This document shows positions 19,637-28,196 of a stretch of 64,000 nucleotides of DNA, piece by piece; positions within the stretch are counted from its first letter, which is position 1, and every line of letters starts with the position of its first letter. The position numbers were made by a program, and so were the translations under genes. Under the pieces are notes generated by a model, which ran no database searches, was not told where the DNA came from, and saw only the letters and a program-made list of their open reading frames with translations. This DNA is from Candidatus Poseidoniaceae archaeon. Its GTDB lineage: Archaea; Thermoplasmatota; Poseidoniia; Poseidoniales; Poseidoniaceae. The stretch is taken from positions 20,496-84,495 of the forward strand of contig CBFIJH010000009.1 in assembly GCA_965662895.1 (NCBI GenBank). Direction: 5' to 3'.

Positions 19637-20866
19637 TTAGTCACCTTTGAGCAACTCTTCGACCCGTGGCGCTACCTTTTCCATGTACGCTTTCATGTTC
19701 CGACAAACGCGCTCGCTATCATGATTAAAAAAATCAAACCAAGCCATCACTCGATCATCTGGATGAAATCGTTCAACAAGTTGCTGGGCAACATCTTCGA
19801 CATTCCCAATCAACGCATTTTGTGCAGCATTCTGAACTTTTGAGGGGTCAATCGTACCTTCAAGAGCGTTCCAATAAGCACCAAGCGCTTGTTGAGCCTC
19901 ATCATGCGCTGCCGAGCGCTGCTCCTCAGGGGAAAGTCCTGTCTCATCGTTGAGGAATACAAAGCTGGTACGGGGCATGTCCGAACGCTTCCAAGTACCT
20001 CCATCAGGATGGAAGCAAGCACGCATACGTTCATGCGTCGCTTCAATGACTTCAGGTTGTGTAATTGAGAGATTGAACACACGAACGGGTAGGATTGAGT
20101 TGACAAAGACCTGAGCCTTTGGGTCGTGGGTCCCAGCAACCAACACAAGTTGATTCCTATCGAATGTGTTCGGAACGATTCGAATGTCTTCAAAGACATA
20201 GCGCCGGTCGATTGGTATCGCATCAGCCTCCGATTGACTCGCCTCTTGAACACGCTTCCAATCTTCATCACTCCTGAAATTCTCGCGAGTTAAGATTGTT
20301 GAGCGAACGGAATCCGATGCGACAACATCACCTCGCAAAAGGCGAAGAAAGATTTCACTCGCTTCAAGGAAAATTTGACCACGCAGTGCAGGCCATGCTG
20401 CCTCTTCAACTGGCGTTCGAGGTACAATTCCGTAAGGACGGGCCATGAATTCGAATCGACCTGCAGAAAAACCAACATGGAGGCGACGTGTGTCCTCGTT
20501 CACTGCAAGAAGCTGCAGCGTGTTGGCTATTCGTTCTGCTTGAGCAATTGGACCTCCAGATGCGAGAATTGATACTACAGCACTCCCGATTTCGATGTTT
20601 TTTGTTCTTCGAAAAGATTCCATTGCAAGTTGTGGGAAATCCGTACACAGACCAACTTCTCCTTGCCAATGTGGAACAACTGGCTTTGAGTTTGATTTTT
20701 GTGTCTCAGTGGAGAGATGTGCTTGCGCAATCCATCCGACTCCGAACCCCAACGCATCTGCACTCTCCAATTGTTGGAAGTAATTCCGAAGCATGGTCCG
20801 TTCATCGGGGATGTGCCCTTCTGCATCAGGTGTTTGACTAATGGAAAAGAAAATGTCGTGTTCCAT
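19637..20866 (-). CDS. Luciferase-like (LLM class) flavin-dependent oxidoreductase/monooxygenase
   Basis: ADALGFGVGWIAQAHL, TKNIEIGSAV, PIAQAE, RLHVGFSAG, LIGNVEDVAQQL; start at ATG 20866 preceded by SD GAGGTGA. Confidence 0.8.
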   Translation of the reverse strand: MEHDIFFSISQTPDAEGHIPDERTMLRNYFQQLESADALGFGVGWIAQAHLSTETQKSNSKPVVPHWQGEVGLCTDFPQLAMESFRRTKNIEIGSAVVSILASGGPIAQAERIANTLQLLAVNEDTRRLHVGFSAGRFEFMARPYGIVPRTPVEEAAWPALRGQIFLEASEIFLRLLRGDVVASDSVRSTILTRENFRSDEDWKRVQEASQSEADAIPIDRRYVFEDIRIVPNTFDRNQLVLVAGTHDPKAQVFVNSILPVRVFNLSITQPEVIEATHERMRACFHPDGGTWKRSDMPRTSFVFLNDETGLSPEEQRSAAHDEAQQALGAYWNALEGTIDPSKVQNAAQNALIGNVEDVAQQLVERFHPDDRVMAWFDFFNHDSERVCRNMKAYMEKVAPRVEELLKGD

Positions 20867-20917
20867 GCCCCTCACCTCTTTTTTCCAAACCGTCAAAGAA
20901 CATAATCCGTTCGCACC

Positions 20918-21748
20918 TTACTTGACCTTTTCATCAAGGGAAGTAAGGGCATGGAGTCGTTGCTTTAGAAGGTCAGGCGCAGCTATTCCCAATTGCATGA
21001 AAAGATGCATCGTATCGGATAGAACGAGAAGCGCGTCGTCGTAACGGGTTTCAATTTCTGCAAGGTCAGCAAGCCCCCAACTTGCGACGAGATGACCAGC
21101 AGGATGTTCGAGTCGTTTTGCCAAATCGAGGCTTTGATCGTACATTTCAGATGCAGTCGCAAGTTCTCCGAGACTCGCCTGAGCGTGAGCAACATCAGCG
21201 AGGGCTTCCATGTGGAGAACATCGTTTTGCATGGAGATGGCCAATTCAAGTCGACGCGTATCGTGAACAATTGCGGAATCCCAATCTTGATTCAATCGAG
21301 AACAACGAGAGAGTACTGCAAGACCGTAGATGATACCTTCCTTGTCGTCAATCGATTCTCGCAAGGTTAACGATCGTCGAACCGATGTTTGTGCAGATTC
21401 AGTCTCTTCAATCGAGAGAAGCATGAGTGCGTGATGATGCAAAACAGCCGCTGCAAGTGGTTCTCCTTTGTCCAGAGATTCAGCAAGAAAAGCAAGTTCT
21501 GCAACATCATCAATTGAGCCGGAATTTCGTTTGAGATGCTCGAACCGGGCCCAACCTTTCTCGATATCGTTCTCAGCAACCTTTTGGGCATGGGCGACCA
21601 ACCGGTTGAGCAGTTGATGGTCACCAATCGATTCGACAAGCGGCAAAATACCTAGAGCAAGCGACGTATTGATGCCATCAATTGACCCACCTCCAGTCAG
21701 CATCTCGACGATTTCTCTCGCCTTTTCAGGTGAGACCTCTTCTGCCAT
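20918..21748 (-). CDS. Tetratricopeptide-repeat protein
   Basis: Helical repeats such as LADVAHAQASLGELATASEMYDQSLDLAKRL. Confidence 0.7.
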   Translation of the reverse strand: MAEEVSPEKAREIVEMLTGGGSIDGINTSLALGILPLVESIGDHQLLNRLVAHAQKVAENDIEKGWARFEHLKRNSGSIDDVAELAFLAESLDKGEPLAAAVLHHHALMLLSIEETESAQTSVRRSLTLRESIDDKEGIIYGLAVLSRCSRLNQDWDSAIVHDTRRLELAISMQNDVLHMEALADVAHAQASLGELATASEMYDQSLDLAKRLEHPAGHLVASWGLADLAEIETRYDDALLVLSDTMHLFMQLGIAAPDLLKQRLHALTSLDEKVK

Positions 21749-21836
21749 GTTGCAACCACTTGGATTCGCGTCAAGAACCTATTGCTGAAAGCGGTCGTAC
21801 CGTGATGATTCATAAGACGGACATCCATGGTACGTC

Positions 21837-22808
21837 ATGGCACGGCATGACAACGCTTTGCAGGGCGTCATGCTTGTAGCGTTGTTGATTCTTTTTCCAA
21901 TGACCATCCAACTGCTTGTGCATCAAGACGAGAGTCCACTGTGGCGGACGGTATATGTTGAGGTCGATTCCGAAGAGGAGGACGACACCGAAGCACGCTC
22001 AGAATCACGAACAAGGGGTGACGTTGCTCGAATTGCAACCTTCAACATCAAGGTGTTTGGAGAAACAAAAATGGGCAAGCCTGATGTTGTTTCCGAACTT
22101 GTCAACATCACCTTACGATACGACATGATTGTCGTTCAGGAGATCAAAGACCTTGACCAAACCGTTCCTTACGATTTCTTGGACGCCATTAACGCTGAAT
22201 CGAATGCAACATATGGTCTCGTTCTCAGTGAACGCTCCGGCAAGCAAGAAGATGATCAGAGTAGCCAAGAACAGTACGCCTTTTACTATCGAACCTCCCG
22301 CTTTTCGAGTGATACTTCGTGGTTGCACAACGATTCTGAACGGGATGAATTTCAACGCGAGCCATTCATCGCGAACTTCAATTTACTCTCGAAGAACGGC
22401 ACGATTCTCGAAGATATCACGCTGATAACTGTCCACACTAAACCTGCAGAAGCGGTGAACGAAACAGCTGCGATGCACAATGTTGTTGAAACATACCAGA
22501 CAAATTCAAGTGAATCCAATATTATCATCCTCGGCGATTTGAATGCAGATTGCAGTTATGCATCCACCTATGAACTCAACCAGCTTGAAATTCGTAGCCC
22601 AGAATACCTCTGGATTGTTCCTGATTCAGCCGATACAACGTTCTCTGAGAATACGCATTGCGCCTACGATCGTATTGTTTTGACAAGTGACGTTGACGGT
22701 CGATTCTTCGGCAGGTGGGGGGTTGACCGAAACATCAGTGGTTCAGATGTATCCGACCATTTTCCCGTTTGGTTTGATCTTGACATCAGCGAGGATGAGC
22801 AAGAATGA
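21837..22808 (+). CDS. Membrane-anchored DNase I-family endonuclease (EEP superfamily)
   Basis: N-terminal TM; RIATFNIKVFG, VQEIKD, EQYAFYY, FQREPF, VHTKP, GDLNADCSY, CAYDRIV, SDHFPV. Confidence 0.9.
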   Translation: MARHDNALQGVMLVALLILFPMTIQLLVHQDESPLWRTVYVEVDSEEEDDTEARSESRTRGDVARIATFNIKVFGETKMGKPDVVSELVNITLRYDMIVVQEIKDLDQTVPYDFLDAINAESNATYGLVLSERSGKQEDDQSSQEQYAFYYRTSRFSSDTSWLHNDSERDEFQREPFIANFNLLSKNGTILEDITLITVHTKPAEAVNETAAMHNVVETYQTNSSESNIIILGDLNADCSYASTYELNQLEIRSPEYLWIVPDSADTTFSENTHCAYDRIVLTSDVDGRFFGRWGVDRNISGSDVSDHFPVWFDLDISEDEQE

Positions 22809-23638
22809 TTCGTAGAGCTTCGGTTCCTGGACGAATCAACATCATCGGCGAACATACCGATTATGCTGGAGGTTGTTCGCTTGCGTTCGCCTCGCAACAT
22901 CGCCTCATCCTCGAAGCAGAATTCATTGATTCTGGATGTATCGGAGATGAAACCGTCGTTGCTCTCTGGAAAGAAGGAGGGGGCCCTCCAGCAAAACTCA
23001 ATGTTCAGAGTACGATACCTATCGGTAAAGGCATGTCCTCTTCAGCAGCATTGTGTCTGAGTATCGTACTCTGCATTCATGGAAACTCCATCGACAGCCA
23101 AGCTGTATGTCTCGAAGCACAACGATTGGAACATACCGTTCTTGGAACGCCTTGTGGACTCCTTGACCAAATGACAATGATGCATTCACGTGAAGAACAT
23201 TGCACAATGATTGATTTTTCAACATTCGAAACGAACGTCCTGCCATTTCCAGAATCATGGATCTTTCGAATCGTTGATTCTGGAGTTCATCGAACATTGC
23301 GATCAGTGGAGTATCGTCAAGAGGGCGATGAGACAATACGGAAACTGCACGTTAAGAATGAAAACGCTCGAGTCAAAAAAGCAGTCCATTGTACAAAAGA
23401 AGAATTGGGACGTCTTCTCAACGAATCGCATGACTCATTGGTCAGCATTGGCGTAAGCACACCGGAGGTTGATGCACGGGTTCAATTCCTTCAAAATCTG
23501 GAAGGGGTCCTTGGTGCACGGATGATGGGCGGAGGATTTGGCGGCATGATTCTCGTGCTTGTTGAAGGAGAACATGTCCTTTCCGAACATCCAATGGTCG
23601 TTCCCTCAGGATCTGGTTTCGTTGAAGAATTGGTCTAA
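22805..23638 (+). CDS. galK: Galactokinase-family GHMP sugar-1-kinase (short form)
   Basis: PGRINIIGEHTDY, IPIGKGMSSSAAL, CGLLDQ, GARMMGGGFGG; ATGA overlap with DNase gene. Confidence 0.8.
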   Translation: MIRRASVPGRINIIGEHTDYAGGCSLAFASQHRLILEAEFIDSGCIGDETVVALWKEGGGPPAKLNVQSTIPIGKGMSSSAALCLSIVLCIHGNSIDSQAVCLEAQRLEHTVLGTPCGLLDQMTMMHSREEHCTMIDFSTFETNVLPFPESWIFRIVDSGVHRTLRSVEYRQEGDETIRKLHVKNENARVKKAVHCTKEELGRLLNESHDSLVSIGVSTPEVDARVQFLQNLEGVLGARMMGGGFGGMILVLVEGEHVLSEHPMVVPSGSGFVEELV

Positions 23639-25597
23639 TTTTTCAAGGCGTTCCGGCGTTCCCATATCCCAAAACTTCGTCGAATCCAAGTGAACATGAA
23701 TCATTTTGGATAATGCAGCATAAATGGTCTCCTCCCAAGACCAATGACCGTCTTTCCCATGCTCAAGAAGGATCGACTTTCGAACGACCGATGTGCCTGC
23801 TTCGTATCCATTGAACGAATCTGGTGGAGTTTGTTTCTTGGAATACTGGACCAGCCGGCCGTTCGCATATTGAAGATTCATTGTTTCATGTTCTGGAGTC
23901 ACAGTCATGGTCAGAGGTGAGGAATTCTTTCGATGGTGATTCATCAAAGGAGCATAGTCGATTGGATGATAATCATCACCCCACAAAAGTATGAATTCGT
24001 CCTCCAAAGATTCTCGTGCATTCCACAGGGCACCTCCCGTCCCCATTTGTTTTGTTTCTTGAACAAACGACACCTCGAGGCCGGGATGTGTAAAGCCATC
24101 AAACTGCTCACCGAGATGACCGGTCAAAACAAGGACTCGAGTACAACCTTGACGTTTTACCCAATCGAGAATATGCGAGAGAATGGGTTGGCCGCCGACT
24201 TCTATCAATGACTTTGGGATATGTTTTGTTTTCTCACCAAGGCGGGATCCAAGACCGCCTGCGAGAATGACAACTTGTGGCATACGGTGCGATTGTGCAA
24301 TGGATGCATACAAGGCGCCACTTTCACGCAACGTGCGTTTTTGTGTAGAAAAATCGACATCATACAAACCAAAACACTGTTCATAGCCCTCTGCCCATTC
24401 AAAATTGTCCATGAGACTCCAATGAAAGAAGCCTCGAATATCGTACCCGTTCGCAATGGCTTCTGAAGTGATTTGCAAATGTCTTCGCACGTGTTCAGGA
24501 CGCATGTCATCGTCATCATCTGCAACTCCATTCTCGGTCACAATGATTGGAATCTTCAGTGTCGAAACCATTTCAAAAGCACGCATCAGACCCTCTGCAT
24601 ACATTGGATATCGGAAATCGGTTCGCTCCTCCCAGGGGCGAATAAGTGGGTCAATCTCGACTTTGGTTGGCATAAAGGGAGTAGCAAGGAGGTGTGTGTA
24701 ATAATTGAGACCAAGAAAATCACTGCTCCCTTTGAGCCCTTCAATCGAAAAGCGGCGCAACGATGAAGGTGGTTTGAAGCGACCTGTCTTCAAACCTTGA
24801 ATCCAACATCGATTGAACATCCCATCCAGAAGTTTCGCTTGAAATCGATGCAATGGGTTCCAGCGTCGATATGGATCGAAAATATTGATGTTTTTGACAA
24901 GACCAATCTTGGCTGCTGCACCGTTTTCTTTTGCCTTAAGCGTTCGATAACATTGTGCATGTGCACGCATCAAGTTGAGGGATACTTGCCGTGTTTTCTT
25001 GAACGAGCGCTCTCCCGGTGGAAATTCTCCGAGTACGTAACCCATCGAAGCGTACACTGCAGGTTCGTTGATCGTGCACCACCATTCGACTCTATCACTG
25101 AGAACATCGAACATCTTCGAACAAAATCGAATCCAGTAAATGATGTTCGATTCGTTCTCAAAGGCGCCTAAATCCTCCCACCATAATGGATTTGTAAAAT
25201 GGTGGAGTGTGACCATCGGTTGGATACCTCGTTCAAGCAGTTGGTCAACCAAATCGCTGTACCAAGAAATTGCATCCTCGTCCCATACATCCATTTCGGG
25301 TTCGATTCGACTCCATTCCAATGAAAAACGATAATGGGTTACGTTGAGATTTTTGATCAATTCAATATCTTGCTCTTTTCGATTCCAATGATCGCAGGCA
25401 TCACCACTCTCCTGACCACTTTTTGAATTGGGTTCAAAGCGTGTCCAATTGTTTCGGTTTCCTCCTTCAATTTGATGGGAAGCTGTTGCCACACCCCACA
25501 TAAAGTTCGGAGGGAATGCTTGCCCATTGAGCAAGTCCGAATAATCAACATCGCTCCAATCACGATGTTCCTCAACGCTCATACGACCACTGACCAT
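23606..25597 (-). CDS. Fusion: GH1 beta-glycosidase + sugar-phosphate nucleotidyltransferase
   Basis: FMWGVATASHQIEG, YRFSLEWSRI, TINEP and VTENG catalytic Glu motifs, WSLMDNFEWAEG; then VILAGGLGSRL..PK, GTGGAL, GDD, DMGTPERL; start at ATG 25597 overlapping upstream TGA. Confidence 0.9.
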   Translation of the reverse strand: MVSGRMSVEEHRDWSDVDYSDLLNGQAFPPNFMWGVATASHQIEGGNRNNWTRFEPNSKSGQESGDACDHWNRKEQDIELIKNLNVTHYRFSLEWSRIEPEMDVWDEDAISWYSDLVDQLLERGIQPMVTLHHFTNPLWWEDLGAFENESNIIYWIRFCSKMFDVLSDRVEWWCTINEPAVYASMGYVLGEFPPGERSFKKTRQVSLNLMRAHAQCYRTLKAKENGAAAKIGLVKNINIFDPYRRWNPLHRFQAKLLDGMFNRCWIQGLKTGRFKPPSSLRRFSIEGLKGSSDFLGLNYYTHLLATPFMPTKVEIDPLIRPWEERTDFRYPMYAEGLMRAFEMVSTLKIPIIVTENGVADDDDDMRPEHVRRHLQITSEAIANGYDIRGFFHWSLMDNFEWAEGYEQCFGLYDVDFSTQKRTLRESGALYASIAQSHRMPQVVILAGGLGSRLGEKTKHIPKSLIEVGGQPILSHILDWVKRQGCTRVLVLTGHLGEQFDGFTHPGLEVSFVQETKQMGTGGALWNARESLEDEFILLWGDDYHPIDYAPLMNHHRKNSSPLTMTVTPEHETMNLQYANGRLVQYSKKQTPPDSFNGYEAGTSVVRKSILLEHGKDGHWSWEETIYAALSKMIHVHLDSTKFWDMGTPERLEKLDQFFNETRS

Positions 25598-28188
25598 CAC
25601 TGAACTCGAGTCCATGAACCGTCGCTTGCGACATTCCAGTACTGCACTTCAGTACTCGCATCAACATACCAACCGGTTTCGCCTTGATTTGTTCCTGGAG
25701 CAGCTTGCATGACGCCGACCTGCCCTGCTTTCGTCGCCAATTCTTGTCGCAATTCTTCTGCGAGGTCAGGTTCCGAATGTGTCATGTCTTGACCATGCTC
25801 TATGGGCGTGGTTGATTCCTCGGTATCCACATGTTCTGATGCTGAGGTAAGTTCTTGTTCCTCTTCTTCAGAAACTTCGTAGAATTCTTCCTCATCCCAT
25901 TCCTCTTCCTTTGCGTTACCGCGGCGAATGAGGACAACCAGAACGGCAAAAATCATGAGAAGAAGTCCGATAATTATGGAAACAGCGGTGTTCGTTGATC
26001 CAAGTGCACCGCTGAGAAGAACCGATTCAACATCATAGAATTGTTGTGAAATCAATCCATTCCAAGTGACTGTGCATGATCGGTCAGAACCCGCTTCCTC
26101 AAGTTCGATTTCCCATGTATCTGATTGGACGTGCGAAGCTTTCCCAGATGTGCATGAAAGACTGGTTTGTTCAGGATTGACCTCAACCCGATTTCGTTGT
26201 GAATCTTCAGCCCAAACGGTGATCAAAGTTACTTCGCCCTGACTACGTGTTTCATTGGCCATACCGGTAATAATGCGTACGGGTTGACCTGGAACGATGG
26301 TTAGTGGAATCGTGTGTTCAGCATCACCCTCTGAAAGTTGAAGTTCGTAGACACCACTCGTCTGACCGGTCAATTGCCAATAGCCTCGACCAGCAGAAGA
26401 CGCTTCGAAAAGGACAAAATCGCCCGAGACCAATTCAACATTTTCAGCAGGCGCAGTATTGCCGTGAACATCAACCAGTTCAACAAACAGATCTGAGGGG
26501 ACGCCCGCTTCAAGGGTCAAACCTTCATCGGAATCGGTCAACAACGATGTACCTGTTCCCGGTATAACATTGACTCTGACCGCTGCAAAGACACCATCAG
26601 CATTTGCGCGTATTTCGTGTTCACCTGTTTTCGTTGGATACCATTTCCCATCAGCCATTCGGATTTCGAGCGTTCGATCTTTTCCCGATATCGTCCAATT
26701 GACTGCAACATGTGGGATTTCGTTTCCGTGTCCGTCCCTGAATGTTGGATTGAAATCAAGGAAGGAATCCGCTGCAACCTCGGTACCAGACTCGGGTAGG
26801 TCGATGAAAGCAAGACGCCCGGGTTGAACGGTATCCATCCATTGCGTTTGGTAGGAAATGCCTGTCATCGCTTCAAAATGTGTGGCTGTAAATCCGAGTA
26901 ATTCAATTTGTTTTGGCATCACAGACACATACGAATCAAAAACATCGACACTGGCCAAGAAGCCGTCGGATTGGGTAAAATTCCCATCGATTTGCCATAC
27001 GTTCCCGAAGGAGTCGATGGCTTCATGGGTCAACACAAACTGGTTTCCAGAGGTAATGCTTTCCTGGCTTGGAAGGAGGCGAGTTGTTGCGATCGAACCG
27101 TGCATGACATCAACCGTCATCGTCGCAGGAACATCCGAATCGATGACCTGCATACCGTATTGACCAGTTTTACCTGGCGTCCAGTGGACCTCATCATCGA
27201 CTTGTGAGAGAATCCCATTGCTCACGCTCCAATTTCCGATTGGTACAGGGACTGGCGAGGAATATCCTTGGGAATCGGTTCGAATTGCTTGAAGTTGGTA
27301 GGTCTTGCCAGAAACGTAAACATCCAATTCCGGCAGAATTTGAATTTCGACAATTGAAGCGTCCGAAGGAACAACACGAATGGTGCTGTTCCCCCAAACA
27401 GATCCTGCTCGGACGGAAAGATTCCAAATTCCTGGAGCAGATGCATAATAGTATCCAACAGGGGTAACCGTCCCGTTTTCAACGTTCCAAACCTTGTTGC
27501 CGGCAAGTGTGTTGTTCATTGTTTGACCGAATTCATCGACAAGTAAGGGATAAAGTTGCAAGCCTTCTCCACTCCTCAAAATCAAATCATCAGGGAAAAC
27601 AAACGCATGTGGTTCTCCTGCAATCGCCTCCATCGTCACCTTTGCTTCCAACTGGTTGAATCGTGCAACAACTTCGTACAGTCCAAGCGATTGCGGTGTC
27701 CAAGATGGTTCGCCTTGTCCGACGTACGTACCGTCAACGGACCAAACAATATCTTGTCCTGAACGAGGGTTCCCGTGTGAATCAATGAGATTGGCTTGAA
27801 GTGTGAACGGTGATTTTGCGCGGGGATGTGCAGTGGTATTGATTTCAATCGATTGACCAAATCCTGCTACAACGGTAACGACAACAGTGTCATTGAACCC
27901 AGCGTGCTCAGCTCGGATGGTGATTTGACCAGCAGACCACGGGAAAAACAGGCCATTGTCTTCGATTGTTCCGTTGCTTGCGGACCAAGTGATCTCTCCC
28001 TCGACGACGTTGTTGAGCGCATCGTAAACAGTGGCTTCAATTTGAAGAACGCCGTCGGAAGAGAGCACAGTCGGTGCCGTCGAGATGACAACCTGAGCTG
28101 CAGGACCGTTTGCAGAAACAGGAATGACTGCGAACAAAGCGGCAAACAACAGACTGCAGAGTAAAACTGCGGAACGTTGTTGCTGCAT
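25597..28188 (-). CDS. Membrane-anchored surface protein of tandem invasin/Big-like Ig repeats
   Basis: Signal peptide MQQQRSAVLLCSLLFAALF, ~8 repeats with D-x-x-G-N motif, C-terminal TM, acidic tail, Trp-rich end. Confidence 0.8.
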   Translation of the reverse strand: MQQQRSAVLLCSLLFAALFAVIPVSANGPAAQVVISTAPTVLSSDGVLQIEATVYDALNNVVEGEITWSASNGTIEDNGLFFPWSAGQITIRAEHAGFNDTVVVTVVAGFGQSIEINTTAHPRAKSPFTLQANLIDSHGNPRSGQDIVWSVDGTYVGQGEPSWTPQSLGLYEVVARFNQLEAKVTMEAIAGEPHAFVFPDDLILRSGEGLQLYPLLVDEFGQTMNNTLAGNKVWNVENGTVTPVGYYYASAPGIWNLSVRAGSVWGNSTIRVVPSDASIVEIQILPELDVYVSGKTYQLQAIRTDSQGYSSPVPVPIGNWSVSNGILSQVDDEVHWTPGKTGQYGMQVIDSDVPATMTVDVMHGSIATTRLLPSQESITSGNQFVLTHEAIDSFGNVWQIDGNFTQSDGFLASVDVFDSYVSVMPKQIELLGFTATHFEAMTGISYQTQWMDTVQPGRLAFIDLPESGTEVAADSFLDFNPTFRDGHGNEIPHVAVNWTISGKDRTLEIRMADGKWYPTKTGEHEIRANADGVFAAVRVNVIPGTGTSLLTDSDEGLTLEAGVPSDLFVELVDVHGNTAPAENVELVSGDFVLFEASSAGRGYWQLTGQTSGVYELQLSEGDAEHTIPLTIVPGQPVRIITGMANETRSQGEVTLITVWAEDSQRNRVEVNPEQTSLSCTSGKASHVQSDTWEIELEEAGSDRSCTVTWNGLISQQFYDVESVLLSGALGSTNTAVSIIIGLLLMIFAVLVVLIRRGNAKEEEWDEEEFYEVSEEEEQELTSASEHVDTEESTTPIEHGQDMTHSEPDLAEELRQELATKAGQVGVMQAAPGTNQGETGWYVDASTEVQYWNVASDGSWTRVQ

Positions 28189-28196
28189 GTCGTCAC

